Both the position numbers and the translations under genes were made by a program. A stretch of DNA of 64,000 nt from a virus: the IMG/VR virus record IMGVR_UViG_3300025006_000001, one strand, 5' to 3'. The stretch's first letter is position 1; each line of letters starts with the position of its first letter. Shown one piece after another: positions 7,159 to 15,804 of this stretch. The notes beneath the pieces were generated by a model. It did not search any database and was not told where the DNA came from. It saw nothing but the letters and a program-made list of their open reading frames with translations.

Positions 7159-8577
7159 TTAAGCTGCTTCTTTTGCTTTAGCCTCTTCAGCAGCCTTTAC
7201 TCGAGCTTGATAGGCTTCTTCTCGAGCATCTTTCTTTTCTTTCCAGACCTTATATCCCGGATCCAATTCCTTCGGTTCAGGAGCGGGATTGTAACAAGCC
7301 CAGACTTCTTCGTAAAGCTTACGAGAAATTTCCGAAGGAATATTAGGATCTCCATTGTGACGCCCACGATGCTGACGTTCACGGAAGGGATAACTATTTC
7401 CGTCCCGACGAATTTCAAGACAAGAATTAATTACAGTTCCATTTTCTTTCCAGAAAGAAATTAGCTTCTGATTCTGTTGGAAATCATAGGTTCCGATACA
7501 ATGGCCTTGAATTCGACCCCACATACGAAGATCAGGTTTACTCACCGGCAATTTGATAGTATATCCGTCAACTTCAGTTCCGTTAAGACGTTTTTCATCC
7601 TCAGTCCAAGTATAAGGCTTAGACTCAAGCTTAGTTTGCTCGTCTACTACCAAGTTAGAGATTGCGTGGTGATAAGCCACGAAATTTTCCACCTTAGGCA
7701 AGACAGCATCCTTATTCAGTTCAAGAAGCTGGGTTTGTAGCTTATCAATATCATTAACTGCTGCATAAAATTCACCAACCTTATTAGTGCTAAGTGCATT
7801 TTCACAGTCAAGACAGAATCGGCGGAAATTATCTTTGTTAACAAACTTCAACTTGGTGAAATCGCCATTAGCGCCTTTATGTTCGGTGATTTTAACCAAA
7901 GTATCGAAGTAGTTCAACATGAAGTTGATATCAACTTCAGCCTTAAGGAAGAACTCAAACAATTTACACAGCTTGATAAGCTTATCAATATCCTTCGCTT
8001 GTTCGCGAATAAGCGCCTTAAGACGAGGAGATTTAATATTGTAATTGTCAAAGAATTCGGTCATATTTTCAAAACGAAGTTCTTCATATAGAGAGAAATT
8101 TTCGTAAGGAACATTTTTCTTGAATTCAAAATCCTTCAATACGGGGTTAATGTTGTCATGAAGATCAGCCCAAGTAACCTTATTAAGCTTCATGAAAATT
8201 TCATTGAAGATGGAGGTATTAAGCATCCATTCCTTCATCTTTGCGTAAGTATTATCCTGGTAAGTATCAGTGCCCTGGTTTTCGTAGCACTTTACTTTTC
8301 CTTTTTCCCAAATAAACTTAACTTTGATTTCTTCGTTAGTCCCCATGTGCATAGTAATATTGGTTCGCTTAGTGCGAAGACGTTCAATAAACATGCGGAT
8401 AATGATTTCTTTACTATCGCCATGCATAATTTCGAAATAACGAGTAGCTGCGTTAGGATTTTTCTCGGGAAGATAATTCATTACCAATCCCATACGTTCC
8501 TTATCTGGGAGCGAGTTATACATGTTGCAAAGTTCTTTAGAGTTCATTAGTTTCTTCCTTTTTTCTTTTTTACCCAA
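7159..8577 (-). CDS. PcfJ-like domain protein with Lys/Ala/Glu-rich C-terminal tail
   Basis: The C-terminal region GRIQGHCIGTYDF...LISFWKENG...CLEIRRDG...RQHRGRHNGDP matches the recalled PcfJ-like pattern (HCxxxY ... T.E ... Q.RG..N). Confidence 0.45.
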   Translation of the reverse strand: MGKKEKRKKLMNSKELCNMYNSLPDKERMGLVMNYLPEKNPNAATRYFEIMHGDSKEIIIRMFIERLRTKRTNITMHMGTNEEIKVKFIWEKGKVKCYENQGTDTYQDNTYAKMKEWMLNTSIFNEIFMKLNKVTWADLHDNINPVLKDFEFKKNVPYENFSLYEELRFENMTEFFDNYNIKSPRLKALIREQAKDIDKLIKLCKLFEFFLKAEVDINFMLNYFDTLVKITEHKGANGDFTKLKFVNKDNFRRFCLDCENALSTNKVGEFYAAVNDIDKLQTQLLELNKDAVLPKVENFVAYHHAISNLVVDEQTKLESKPYTWTEDEKRLNGTEVDGYTIKLPVSKPDLRMWGRIQGHCIGTYDFQQNQKLISFWKENGTVINSCLEIRRDGNSYPFRERQHRGRHNGDPNIPSEISRKLYEEVWACYNPAPEPKELDPGYKVWKEKKDAREEAYQARVKAAEEAKAKEAA

Positions 8578-9020
8578 AAACTTTCTGGGTTTATACGCAT
8601 TAATCTAGGCTTTAATAAATTACAGCCATAATCGTGTATGACTATATTATTTTTATATAGAGATAATTGATTTGGATGTCCGTCCCCATAACCATAAGGC
8701 ACTTCTTTAGGTAAATTTTCTAACTTAAATTCTGCTAATGGAGTTGTTTTTTCCATTAGTAAAAATCTACCACAATGAGAAATATCTATAACAGGGACTA
8801 GTAATTTATTAATTACTGATACTTCACGTAACTTGCTCCAGTTCTCAAATTCATTTTTATTTTCATGAAGGCACTTTTCTCTAGGAATGATTTTTTTAAT
8901 CACTAAACGACTATCAGGGATATAGTCGTAAACTTCTCTATAAAAACCTTTACCTATTAAAGTTCCTAAAACTTCTTTTGCTTTAAAAGATTTAACTTGT
9001 TGTGTCCAGTAATAGGTCAC
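8547..9020 (-). CDS. Small protein-kinase-like fold protein (tentative)
   Basis: GKGFYREVY (Gly-loop-like), VIKK (Lys), and IVIHDYGCN (DFG-like). GTG start. Confidence 0.3.
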   Translation of the reverse strand: MTYYWTQQVKSFKAKEVLGTLIGKGFYREVYDYIPDSRLVIKKIIPREKCLHENKNEFENWSKLREVSVINKLLVPVIDISHCGRFLLMEKTTPLAEFKLENLPKEVPYGYGDGHPNQLSLYKNNIVIHDYGCNLLKPRLMRINPESFWVKKKKGRN

Positions 9021-9102
9021 TGGAGGTATACTACTTTCTTCGTGTTACAACCGTGTAGCGAAGTTGTTAAAACTTTTTACTTTTTCTTCAGTTAACAAAA
9101 AT

Positions 9103-9315
9103 TTAACATGTAAAAATTGGCTTCCAACCTGAACACGCTGGAGGTAACGAAATAGAGTTTTCTAGTTCTACTTCTTCTATAGCTACATGTAAAGAATTTA
9201 CTCTAAATTCTTCTATTTTTCCTAACTCATTCTCACAGGTAACAACTATATCTTCATTAGTTCGTATAACAGTTAGTTTAGTGTTTTCTTTTAGCAGTAA
9301 TTCTAGTTTAGTCAT
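9103..9315 (-). CDS. Hypothetical protein
   Basis: ORF track. Confidence 0.5.
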   Translation of the reverse strand: MTKLELLLKENTKLTVIRTNEDIVVTCENELGKIEEFRVNSLHVAIEEVELENSISLPPACSGWKPIFTC

Positions 9316-9351
9316 AGTAATAAAAAGGGCTACTAACTTAATAGTAGCCTT

Positions 9352-9579
9352 CTAGCCCAACCACTTCTCTTCTAAAATTTTTATTTCTTCTAGGTGGTTT
9401 ATGTTAAATTCAGGTCTCGAATCTGGAACACTGGATACGGAATTTTTTCGAAACCAATCAGTCTCTGAATTATCTTCTAAATGCTTTTTTAATTCATCTT
9501 TATGAGGAAGATAAAGATCGACTACGTGTATTTCCGTTTTACACGTTGTTACAGGAACTTCTAGCCTTATTAAGGTCAT
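9352..9579 (-). CDS. Hypothetical protein
   Basis: ORF track. Confidence 0.5.
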   Translation of the reverse strand: MTLIRLEVPVTTCKTEIHVVDLYLPHKDELKKHLEDNSETDWFRKNSVSSVPDSRPEFNINHLEEIKILEEKWLG

Positions 9580-9730
9580 TTAGTCTCTTTATTTCTTTAA
9601 TGTTCTCGTCATTAGAGATCAGTGATCGAACTTTAGATAAAAATTTCTCCGGACGAGAATCTATTTCCATAAGTTCGATCACTGATAATTTAATATTTAT
9701 ACTCTGACTATCAGAATACCAATATTTCAT
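9539..9730 (-). CDS. Hypothetical protein
   Basis: ORF track. Confidence 0.45.
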   Translation of the reverse strand: MKYWYSDSQSINIKLSVIELMEIDSRPEKFLSKVRSLISNDENIKEIKRLNDLNKARSSCNNV

Positions 9731-9737
9731 TATATAG

Positions 9738-9965
9738 TTATCGAGTTGCCATCATATTTTTCATGTGACTTTCGACTTCTGCCTGACTCATTTCTCGAGC
9801 ATTTACAACATAATACTTAACACCCTTAGTAGTGTTAAGGCCTACAGCAGGAACTGCTCCTTCAGGAACTTCGTAATTATTGAAAGCCTGGAGAAAATTA
9901 TGAATTACATCGTCATTATTTCCAAGAGCTTTTTGTGCGAGTTCAGTTTCTTTTGAGAAAAACAT
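9738..9965 (-). CDS. Hypothetical protein
   Basis: ORF track. Lies downstream of the promoter-like region 10050-10078. Confidence 0.5.
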   Translation of the reverse strand: MFFSKETELAQKALGNNDDVIHNFLQAFNNYEVPEGAVPAVGLNTTKGVKYYVVNAREMSQAEVESHMKNMMATR

Positions 9966-10049
9966 GTTTTACCTTTTCTTTACTTTATGTTGAGAGTTTT
10001 TTGGCTCAAAAAGAGCTTACAGTTAAACTGACTTTAAAACAAGATCTTT

Positions 10050-10078
10050 TTTGTAAACTGTTTGTTAACTTTTGTTAA
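10050..10078 (-). promoter_or_regulatory. Sigma70-like promoter of the TTGACA-AAAGTTAACAAAC family (minus strand)
   Basis: The minus strand reads TTAACA-aaagttaacaaacagtt(17)-TACAAA. Same architecture as 50989-51017 and 52042-52070. TTGTTAAC boxes at 10062-10069 and 10072-10079. Confidence 0.4.
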
Positions 10079-10116
10079 CATATTTTCTTGCTTCCCTATC
10101 ATGATCATGTGCGCGA

Positions 10117-10389
10117 TCAACACTCAGGAGCTATAGCAGAGAACTTGTTTTCCATTTCTTGAATAACACTATTGTTTAAAGCATCTTCAAAAAGTTTGAT
10201 AGATTCGGGAGTGAAGACTTTAGCCATATTTTCAATCATTCGATCCGGTGCTCCATCAAATATTTCATAATAGAAATCATCGAAATAAACAAGACTGTCA
10301 TAAACAGTCCTAGTACTTTCTGGCATTTCTAAATCATTTTCTAAGCAATGGTAAATTTCTTTACCAATTTCGTTATATTCCAGCATCAT
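10117..10389 (-). CDS. Highly acidic small protein
   Basis: By hand count, about 20 Asp/Glu against 6 Lys/Arg in 90 aa. Confidence 0.5.
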   Translation of the reverse strand: MMLEYNEIGKEIYHCLENDLEMPESTRTVYDSLVYFDDFYYEIFDGAPDRMIENMAKVFTPESIKLFEDALNNSVIQEMENKFSAIAPEC

Positions 10390-10591
10390 GTTCTTTCATT
10401 GGAATTCTTATTACTTTAAATATTGTATAATCGGCTTGTTTAAAGTATTTATCTGAAGATAATTTTTTAATATTATATTTCCAACTAACTGCTTTATCGT
10501 AAGAATCAAAAGCAGTTACTTCAAAATTTTCTTTTCCTATACTAGGATACGATGTTTGTCTTAATATTTCATAACCAAAAACACTACCCAT
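10373..10591 (-). CDS. Hypothetical protein
   Basis: ORF track. Confidence 0.5.
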   Translation of the reverse strand: MGSVFGYEILRQTSYPSIGKENFEVTAFDSYDKAVSWKYNIKKLSSDKYFKQADYTIFKVIRIPMKEHDAGI

Positions 10592-10829
10592 TATTTACAA
10601 AATCATAATTCCATTTTACAGTAGATTCTTCAAAATTTTCAATAGGAATTTTTTCTATATTACATTTGTAAATATAAGGAATATTATTAAATCTTATATA
10701 CGATTTTTTAGTTTCAGAACTTTTAGCTTGTTGATAAAGCGTTTCAATATAAGTAGCAATCTCGTGATCTTTTACATTAGTTGTTATTGTTTGCATGTTT
10801 AAACCTATCGTCTTTCTCAGGAAATTCAT
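10584..10829 (-). CDS. Hypothetical protein
   Basis: ORF track. Confidence 0.5.
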   Translation of the reverse strand: MNFLRKTIGLNMQTITTNVKDHEIATYIETLYQQAKSSETKKSYIRFNNIPYIYKCNIEKIPIENFEESTVKWNYDFVNNG

Positions 10830-11193
10830 CCATAAATGTAGCTAAAGTTAAGCAATGCCAGGCGCAGGCTATCATGTGTTTACTAGGAGAATTATTGCCT
10901 GGAGTTTCTAAATCTAAGTTTTCTCCATTCCAAAATTGGTTCAAATGTCTTTGGAGAGCGTCAAAAGATAACGACCAATCATAACCTTTTCTCCAGTTAT
11001 GTTTGGAATATTTTCCAACTCCCTTACCATAATGTTCAGCAAGTTCCCACAAAGCTTTTTGTGGGATTAAAGAAAATTGAGCTAATTTAGAACCTTTTTC
11101 TCCTCCAGTATCTGGATCTTTGATCCTTACTTCTGTTGGGATAACTGTTGATTTCTGTGAAGAATTTGAATCATTTGTTTCAACTGTATCCAA
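10777..11193 (-). CDS. dATP/dGTP diphosphohydrolase N-terminal-like (PF18909/DUF5664-like) protein
   Basis: DTGGEKGSKL..IPQKALWELAEHYGKGVGKYSKHNWRKGY..SFDALQRHL..HMIACAWHCLTLATF matches the recalled family pattern. Confidence 0.45.
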   Translation of the reverse strand: MDTVETNDSNSSQKSTVIPTEVRIKDPDTGGEKGSKLAQFSLIPQKALWELAEHYGKGVGKYSKHNWRKGYDWSLSFDALQRHLNQFWNGENLDLETPGNNSPSKHMIACAWHCLTLATFMDEFPEKDDRFKHANNNN

Positions 11194-11717
11194 GTGTAAG
11201 CTCTACTTCCTTTATTTTCTTTATTGTATAAATAGTTGAAAATAATATAATTCTTTCCAGCTTTTTCTAAACTAGATAATACTTCTGGAGAATCATCTAT
11301 ATAAAGATCTGCTGTAATTTCTTCTTTATTTTTCACAAAATGAATTTCATCATAATGAACATTACGATCTGAAAGCCATTTAATAGTTACTGCTTTAATT
11401 TGTTCTCTCATTTCAGTTGAGAACCAGTCAGAACTTACTCTTTGAGTGATAATTTTAATTATATGACCTTCTTTGGCTAAGTGGTCTAATTGATTTAGAG
11501 CTGAAGCAAACGGCTTCATTTGCGAAGTTAAATCTTCATTAATAAATTTAGTATGATAAGTTTTAAATTGATCTAAAGTCAATCCCCAACTTTCAAAATT
11601 CCAGTCTTCAGGTTCAGGAAGAGAACCTGAAGTCAAATTGCGATCTTTTTCAACTAAGTCTTTAATTACCCCAGTGTAATCCGCAATTACATTATCGAAA
11701 TCAATTCCTAGAATCAT
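11127..11717 (-). CDS. HAD-superfamily 5'(3')-deoxyribonucleotidase-like protein
   Basis: N-terminal GIDFDNVIADY (DxDxV motif I) and YIDDSPE (motif IV-like). Confidence 0.6.
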   Translation of the reverse strand: MILGIDFDNVIADYTGVIKDLVEKDRNLTSGSLPEPEDWNFESWGLTLDQFKTYHTKFINEDLTSQMKPFASALNQLDHLAKEGHIIKIITQRVSSDWFSTEMREQIKAVTIKWLSDRNVHYDEIHFVKNKEEITADLYIDDSPEVLSSLEKAGKNYIIFNYLYNKENKGSRAYTWIQLKQMIQILHRNQQLSQQK

Positions 11718-12028
11718 GTTTGTTCAGATTGCTCCTTAAGTGCGTTTCTACGTTTACGTCTGCTAATATTATCTCTTTCGTTACGACACAAACGGCAAGT
11801 TTTATATTTTTTCCCCCAACCATTTATTCTAATTATAAAATTAGCTACATTTTTCTCATGATTGCATCTTTTATTTCTAAGAGGTGTCGTTAAATTTTCT
11901 ACATATCTATCTACGTAGTCATAGTCTAATTGAATATCTCTCCAAACATGATAATGTTTGTTACATAAACCTCTAGCTTTATGAATTTCTTTACAATTAG
12001 GAACATTGCACAATCTTTTCTCAGCCAT
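11714..12028 (-). CDS. Cys-rich zinc-binding protein
   Basis: CNVPNCKEIHKARGLCNKHYHVW (GLCxxHY motif) plus C-terminal CNH..CRLC. Confidence 0.5.
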   Translation of the reverse strand: MAEKRLCNVPNCKEIHKARGLCNKHYHVWRDIQLDYDYVDRYVENLTTPLRNKRCNHEKNVANFIIRINGWGKKYKTCRLCRNERDNISRRKRRNALKEQSEQT

Positions 12029-12267
12029 TAGAAAATCCTCACAGCAGGAATATACCCGTCTTCTCTGGGATTTGTGCCTTCAGCTTCCTTACCTGAAAGA
12101 CAATCCTCATCTTCTGGGTGCCACCACAAACCTTCAATTTCAGTAGCTAATTCTGCATTTGGAAGCAAAACAACAGCTTCTTTTACATAAGGATCTTTTT
12201 CAATCCAAATATTAATTAAATCTCTTAATTCTTCTAAAGTAAATTCAGTTTCCATAATTAATAGCAA
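12028..12267 (-). CDS. Acidic hypothetical protein
   Basis: ORF track. Confidence 0.5.
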   Translation of the reverse strand: MLLIMETEFTLEELRDLINIWIEKDPYVKEAVVLLPNAELATEIEGLWWHPEDEDCLSGKEAEGTNPREDGYIPAVRIF

Positions 12268-13022
12268 ATTCCGTCCACAGTAAATTTATTATCTTTAACT
12301 TGAATAGGATGTAAAAACCAATGCTTGTCTCCGGCTTCATCTTCGCAACAAGTTCCCATACCGAAACCTTGTTGCCAATCTGGATCGCGATCACCCATAT
12401 ATTTTGCAGAAATTTCCGGATCTGGATCAGCTAAATTTCCAAGTTCCATCCAGGCCCCATCGGCGTCATGAATTAAACCTAATCTATGGGTATGTCCAGA
12501 AACACCTGAACGATATTTATTAGATTTTAATTCTCCTCTAGCAGAATTTCCGCTTAATCCTCTACAAATAGATCCGTGAGTAACTTTTAATCCGTCTACG
12601 ACTAATCGTTCTCTATAAGGCTTCCATTTGATATTATATTTCTTTAATTCAAATAGTTCAGGAAGTGTTAAACAATTCAGAGGAAGTAATTCAGGTGCTT
12701 TTCGAACAAGATATCTCTCAAATCGAAGTTCATGATTTCCTTCAACATAAGTAATTTCAGTTTTAGCACCTGCAGATTTTCTTAGACGAGAAAAGAAAGC
12801 TTTTGCTTCTACAAATGTCTCTATAGTATCTGAGGTTTGTCCAGCAATTTTATCATGCGAACTAAAATCATCGAAACAAACCAAGTCTCCAATGTGGAAA
12901 ATCTTTTTAAATTTTTTCTTTTCAATTAACTTAAAAAGGCTTCCCTTCTCTCCAGTAATTACTTTATTGTTTACTGGAATATGTGTATCACTTATAAAAA
13001 GTGCTTGATACAGGGTTTTCAT
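12258..13022 (-). CDS. Calcineurin-like metallophosphoesterase
   Basis: Motifs FISDTHIP, GDLVCFDD, GNHE and GHTH in canonical order. Confidence 0.7.
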   Translation of the reverse strand: MKTLYQALFISDTHIPVNNKVITGEKGSLFKLIEKKKFKKIFHIGDLVCFDDFSSHDKIAGQTSDTIETFVEAKAFFSRLRKSAGAKTEITYVEGNHELRFERYLVRKAPELLPLNCLTLPELFELKKYNIKWKPYRERLVVDGLKVTHGSICRGLSGNSARGELKSNKYRSGVSGHTHRLGLIHDADGAWMELGNLADPDPEISAKYMGDRDPDWQQGFGMGTCCEDEAGDKHWFLHPIQVKDNKFTVDGICY

Positions 13023-13137
13023 TAACTCTCCGATTAAATAAGGTAAATGTTATAAGGTGTATTGTTTTTGAATAACGAAAAACTTCATTAAAATGTAAAC
13101 ATAATGTTAAAAGCTTGTTAACATTTTAGCAAAGGTC

Positions 13138-13575
13138 TTGCAAGAAGTCAAGAGTTCTGATAAAATATTTTTAGGTCAGGTGGAAAAGTTAAAAATGAAT
13201 ATGCCTTCAGAGGTTATTCCAAGTTTAGAAAAACATTTAAAAATCTATTCTTTTTTAAAAAAGAAGTTTACAGATAAGTTAGATGTTATAAGCATGAACT
13301 CTAAGTCTAAGTATCCTTTAGATATCATGTTAGAGTATCAAAAAGTTCTAGACCAAAGAACCTTCACTGAAATCGCATATCTGTTAGGCATGTCGCCTAA
13401 GCGCCCCTACAATCATGTATACAACAAACATCTATCAGAATGGGCCCAAGCTAAAGACTATGTAAGACTCCTGTATGATTTTGATAACCAAATGCAAAAA
13501 GTAATTAATTATTGTATCACTAATAAAGTTAATATTAATATTTGGTATAAATACATTGAAAAACTTGGAGAATAA
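13138..13575 (+). CDS. Hypothetical protein with possible HTH (start uncertain: TTG at 13138, or ATG at M19/M21)
   Basis: RTFTEIAYLLGMSPKRPYNHVY is HTH-like. It is the first plus-strand gene after a divergent promoter region. Confidence 0.5.
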   Translation: MQEVKSSDKIFLGQVEKLKMNMPSEVIPSLEKHLKIYSFLKKKFTDKLDVISMNSKSKYPLDIMLEYQKVLDQRTFTEIAYLLGMSPKRPYNHVYNKHLSEWAQAKDYVRLLYDFDNQMQKVINYCITNKVNINIWYKYIEKLGE

Positions 13576-13928
13576 TGGCCATTAAGGTAGATATTCGAAG
13601 ACAAGTCCTTGAGCGGGATAACAATACTTGTCAAAAATGCGACAAAGTTCACCGGAAATTACAATTACATCATATTGTTCCACAACGACTAGACGGATCT
13701 GACCTTCCACATAATTTAATTAGTCTTTGTGCGAAATGCCATCATCGCTGGCATTGTTTAGAATCAAAATTAGATATTCGTATGCAAGAAGAGAGAACAG
13801 TCTCTTATTTTTATATCTGGGTGAAGGAAAGAGAAATAGATGTGGACGTTTCATTGGGGGACCGTTGGGTCTGGAAAGAGTTTAGACTTATTAAAAAATT
13901 ATTTCGACAAAAAAAGAAATCATCCTAA
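13575..13928 (+). CDS. HNH endonuclease
   Basis: CQKCDK...LQLHHIVPQ...NLISLCAKCHHRWH. Confidence 0.75.
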   Translation: MAIKVDIRRQVLERDNNTCQKCDKVHRKLQLHHIVPQRLDGSDLPHNLISLCAKCHHRWHCLESKLDIRMQEERTVSYFYIWVKEREIDVDVSLGDRWVWKEFRLIKKLFRQKKKSS

Positions 13929-14371
13929 TGACGTTTGTTTAGTAAAACCTGGATTTGATAAAAGAACTGAAGGAATTTTTACTAGATTTGGCTCCACTGA
14001 AGCCACTCTAATCTATTATCTTAACCGAAGATAATAGATTAGAGTGGCTTCTTTTGTTAAAAGAAAAGACTTATTTCTTCGTAGATGAAATGCAGTTTAT
14101 TGATGAACGCACCCTAGAACACATTATAAAAGCTAATAAAGATAATACTAAACACTTCTACACTTATGGACTTAGAAATGATTTTAAAGGCGAAATGTGG
14201 CCTATAATAAATAAAGTAATGAATCTATGTGATTCCATTATAGAAATTTGTAGCGAATGTAGTATTTGTAAAAAAAGAAAAGCTTCTTTCAACAAAAATT
14301 TAAAGCAAAATGCCAAAGAAAATGAATTAGGATTCCATTATGCAGCAGCGTGTTCCCAGTGCTTTAACTAA
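13840..14371 (+). pseudogene. tdk: Thymidine kinase, split by a +1 frame change near 14010-14030
   Basis: The first piece (13840-14034) has the P-loop FHWGTVGSGKS and KPGFDKR..TRFG. The second piece (frame open from 14012) has FFVDEMQF, YGLRNDFKGE, and CSECSIC..AAACSQC. Confidence 0.65.
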
Positions 14372-14505
14372 TTTAAGTAATTTTAGATTCTTGTTGGGCA
14401 ATGGAATGTTTATCTGGGAAACTAGAAGTCACAGCGTAAACTACCAAAAGTTAATAAGAGAACATAAATATTCTGAAGCTTTTATTTTTTTTATGGTGAA
14501 AAATT

Positions 14506-14682
14506 ATGCTTATTAATGATCTTTATTGGTATAAGATATATAAGAAAAATGGTTTTTACCCACAAACAACTAGAAACTTAAAAAGTAGACTTAGAGAAGA
14601 AAGAAAATTGTCTCTATTAACAATAGACGTTTTAGAAAAATATTATATAGTTAAAAAAACTAAGAAAGGAGAATTTAGATAA
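14506..14682 (+). CDS. Small hypothetical protein (58 aa, below cutoff)
   Basis: The ATG ORF MLINDLYWYKIYKKNGFYPQTTRNLKSRLREERKL.... TAATG overlap with the next ORF. Confidence 0.4.
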   Translation: MLINDLYWYKIYKKNGFYPQTTRNLKSRLREERKLSLLTIDVLEKYYIVKKTKKGEFR

Positions 14683-14855
14683 TGAATTTTAAGTTACTAC
14701 TTGCTCACATTAAGATGTATAAAATTTATAAGAAATATGCAGATCCTGATAGAAAATATAATTACTATGAAGAGTATTACGATGCAATTAGAAAAACAAA
14801 GGGCTCTGATAAGCCCTTTGTTAATTTCTTAAGTAATCATTATGCTTTAAATTAA
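14682..14855 (+). CDS. Small hypothetical protein (57 aa, below cutoff)
   Basis: MNFKLLLAHIKMYKIYKKYADPDRKYNYYEEYYDAIRK.... AAGGAG-like box upstream. Confidence 0.4.
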   Translation: MNFKLLLAHIKMYKIYKKYADPDRKYNYYEEYYDAIRKTKGSDKPFVNFLSNHYALN

Positions 14856-15307
14856 ATTGTAAATTCTGCAGCTTCTACGGTAGTTACCACATAATATCTA
14901 ACATCAAATACAATATCATGACAAATAACGTCTTTATCTCTGACGTTATCTTTCTTTTCTACTTCTTTTCTAGAATCATTACTATACCAAAATCTACAAT
15001 TAACAAGATTAGTTCCGTGTATAGTCTTTTGGTTAAACTCTTGAATAACCGCAGTTCTAGTTTGGAAAGCTTTTAAACTATTACTTGCATAGAACCAAAG
15101 AGAAATTGTGAATCTTCCAGTAAATCCTATTCCCGGAGGCTCAAGCGTTCTAATGTCATTGAGGTCATATATAATATAAGGATAATCGGTATTTGCGTTT
15201 TGTCTCCAATAGTGAACTCGTGGAGTTCCACCTACAGCAGTAATAAGAGCTGAATTAGTTTCCAACTTAGATTTAACAACGGAAAACATTTCTTCTTCTG
15301 GGGTCAT
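14852..15307 (-). CDS. Possible tail-completion/neck-type structural protein (DUF3168-like, tentative)
   Basis: VKSKLETNSALITAVGGTPRVHYWRQ...DYPYIIYDL resembles the recalled tail-completion pattern. An isolated minus-strand gene. Confidence 0.3.
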   Translation of the reverse strand: MTPEEEMFSVVKSKLETNSALITAVGGTPRVHYWRQNANTDYPYIIYDLNDIRTLEPPGIGFTGRFTISLWFYASNSLKAFQTRTAVIQEFNQKTIHGTNLVNCRFWYSNDSRKEVEKKDNVRDKDVICHDIVFDVRYYVVTTVEAAEFTI

Positions 15308-15389
15308 TTAAAGCAAATCCTTAGAAAGATATATTTATGAATTTATAGAAAAAATAATTATTACCTTGTAGATAGGATAATTATAAGAA

Positions 15390-15653
15390 ATGAAATTTGT
15401 AAATAACAGGTTAGAAAGATTAGCTAAGGATTTGTTCAATGAAGACTGTGACAGAGAGAATATGGAATATAAGTTAGACTCTAAAGTTGAAAAAATAATG
15501 GAATTAAAAGATCAAATTTTATTTCTTACAGGTTATCCTTCTGAGCCTACTATTTTTGACTTTCCTCCTTATGTGCTCGTTGTTTCTGCTAGGAACATTG
15601 ATATTTATACGGAAGATAGTTTTGAGAAAGAAGGTTTACATTTGTATGACTAA
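15390..15653 (+). CDS. Hypothetical protein
   Basis: ORF track. Confidence 0.5.
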   Translation: MKFVNNRLERLAKDLFNEDCDRENMEYKLDSKVEKIMELKDQILFLTGYPSEPTIFDFPPYVLVVSARNIDIYTEDSFEKEGLHLYD

Positions 15654-15804
15654 AGATGATAGAGTAAGTTTTCGTTGTGAAAAAGAATTAAAAGATTGGA
15701 TTGCTCTTAAAGGCGGATCTAAATTTCTTTGTAAATTAGTCCGTCTAGCTTATTTTAAACTAGAGGGTAAAGAATTTGAAACTGAAGAAAAAATCGATTT
15801 TTAG
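15646..15804 (+). CDS. Small ribbon-helix-helix-like protein (start moved to the internal ATG)
   Basis: ATGA overlap with the upstream stop. MTKDDRVSFRCEKELKDWIALKGG.. has a beta-strand plus helix pattern typical of RHH. Confidence 0.4.
   Translation: MTKDDRVSFRCEKELKDWIALKGGSKFLCKLVRLAYFKLEGKEFETEEKIDF

Noticed and set aside
7197-8550. ORF-track entries 7197..7418(-), 7207..7464(+), 7477..7740(+), 7879..8091(+) and 8158..8550(+)
   Set aside because: All lie inside the 472-aa gene 7159..8577, in other frames or antisense. Their translations are low-complexity. They are treated as shadow ORFs.
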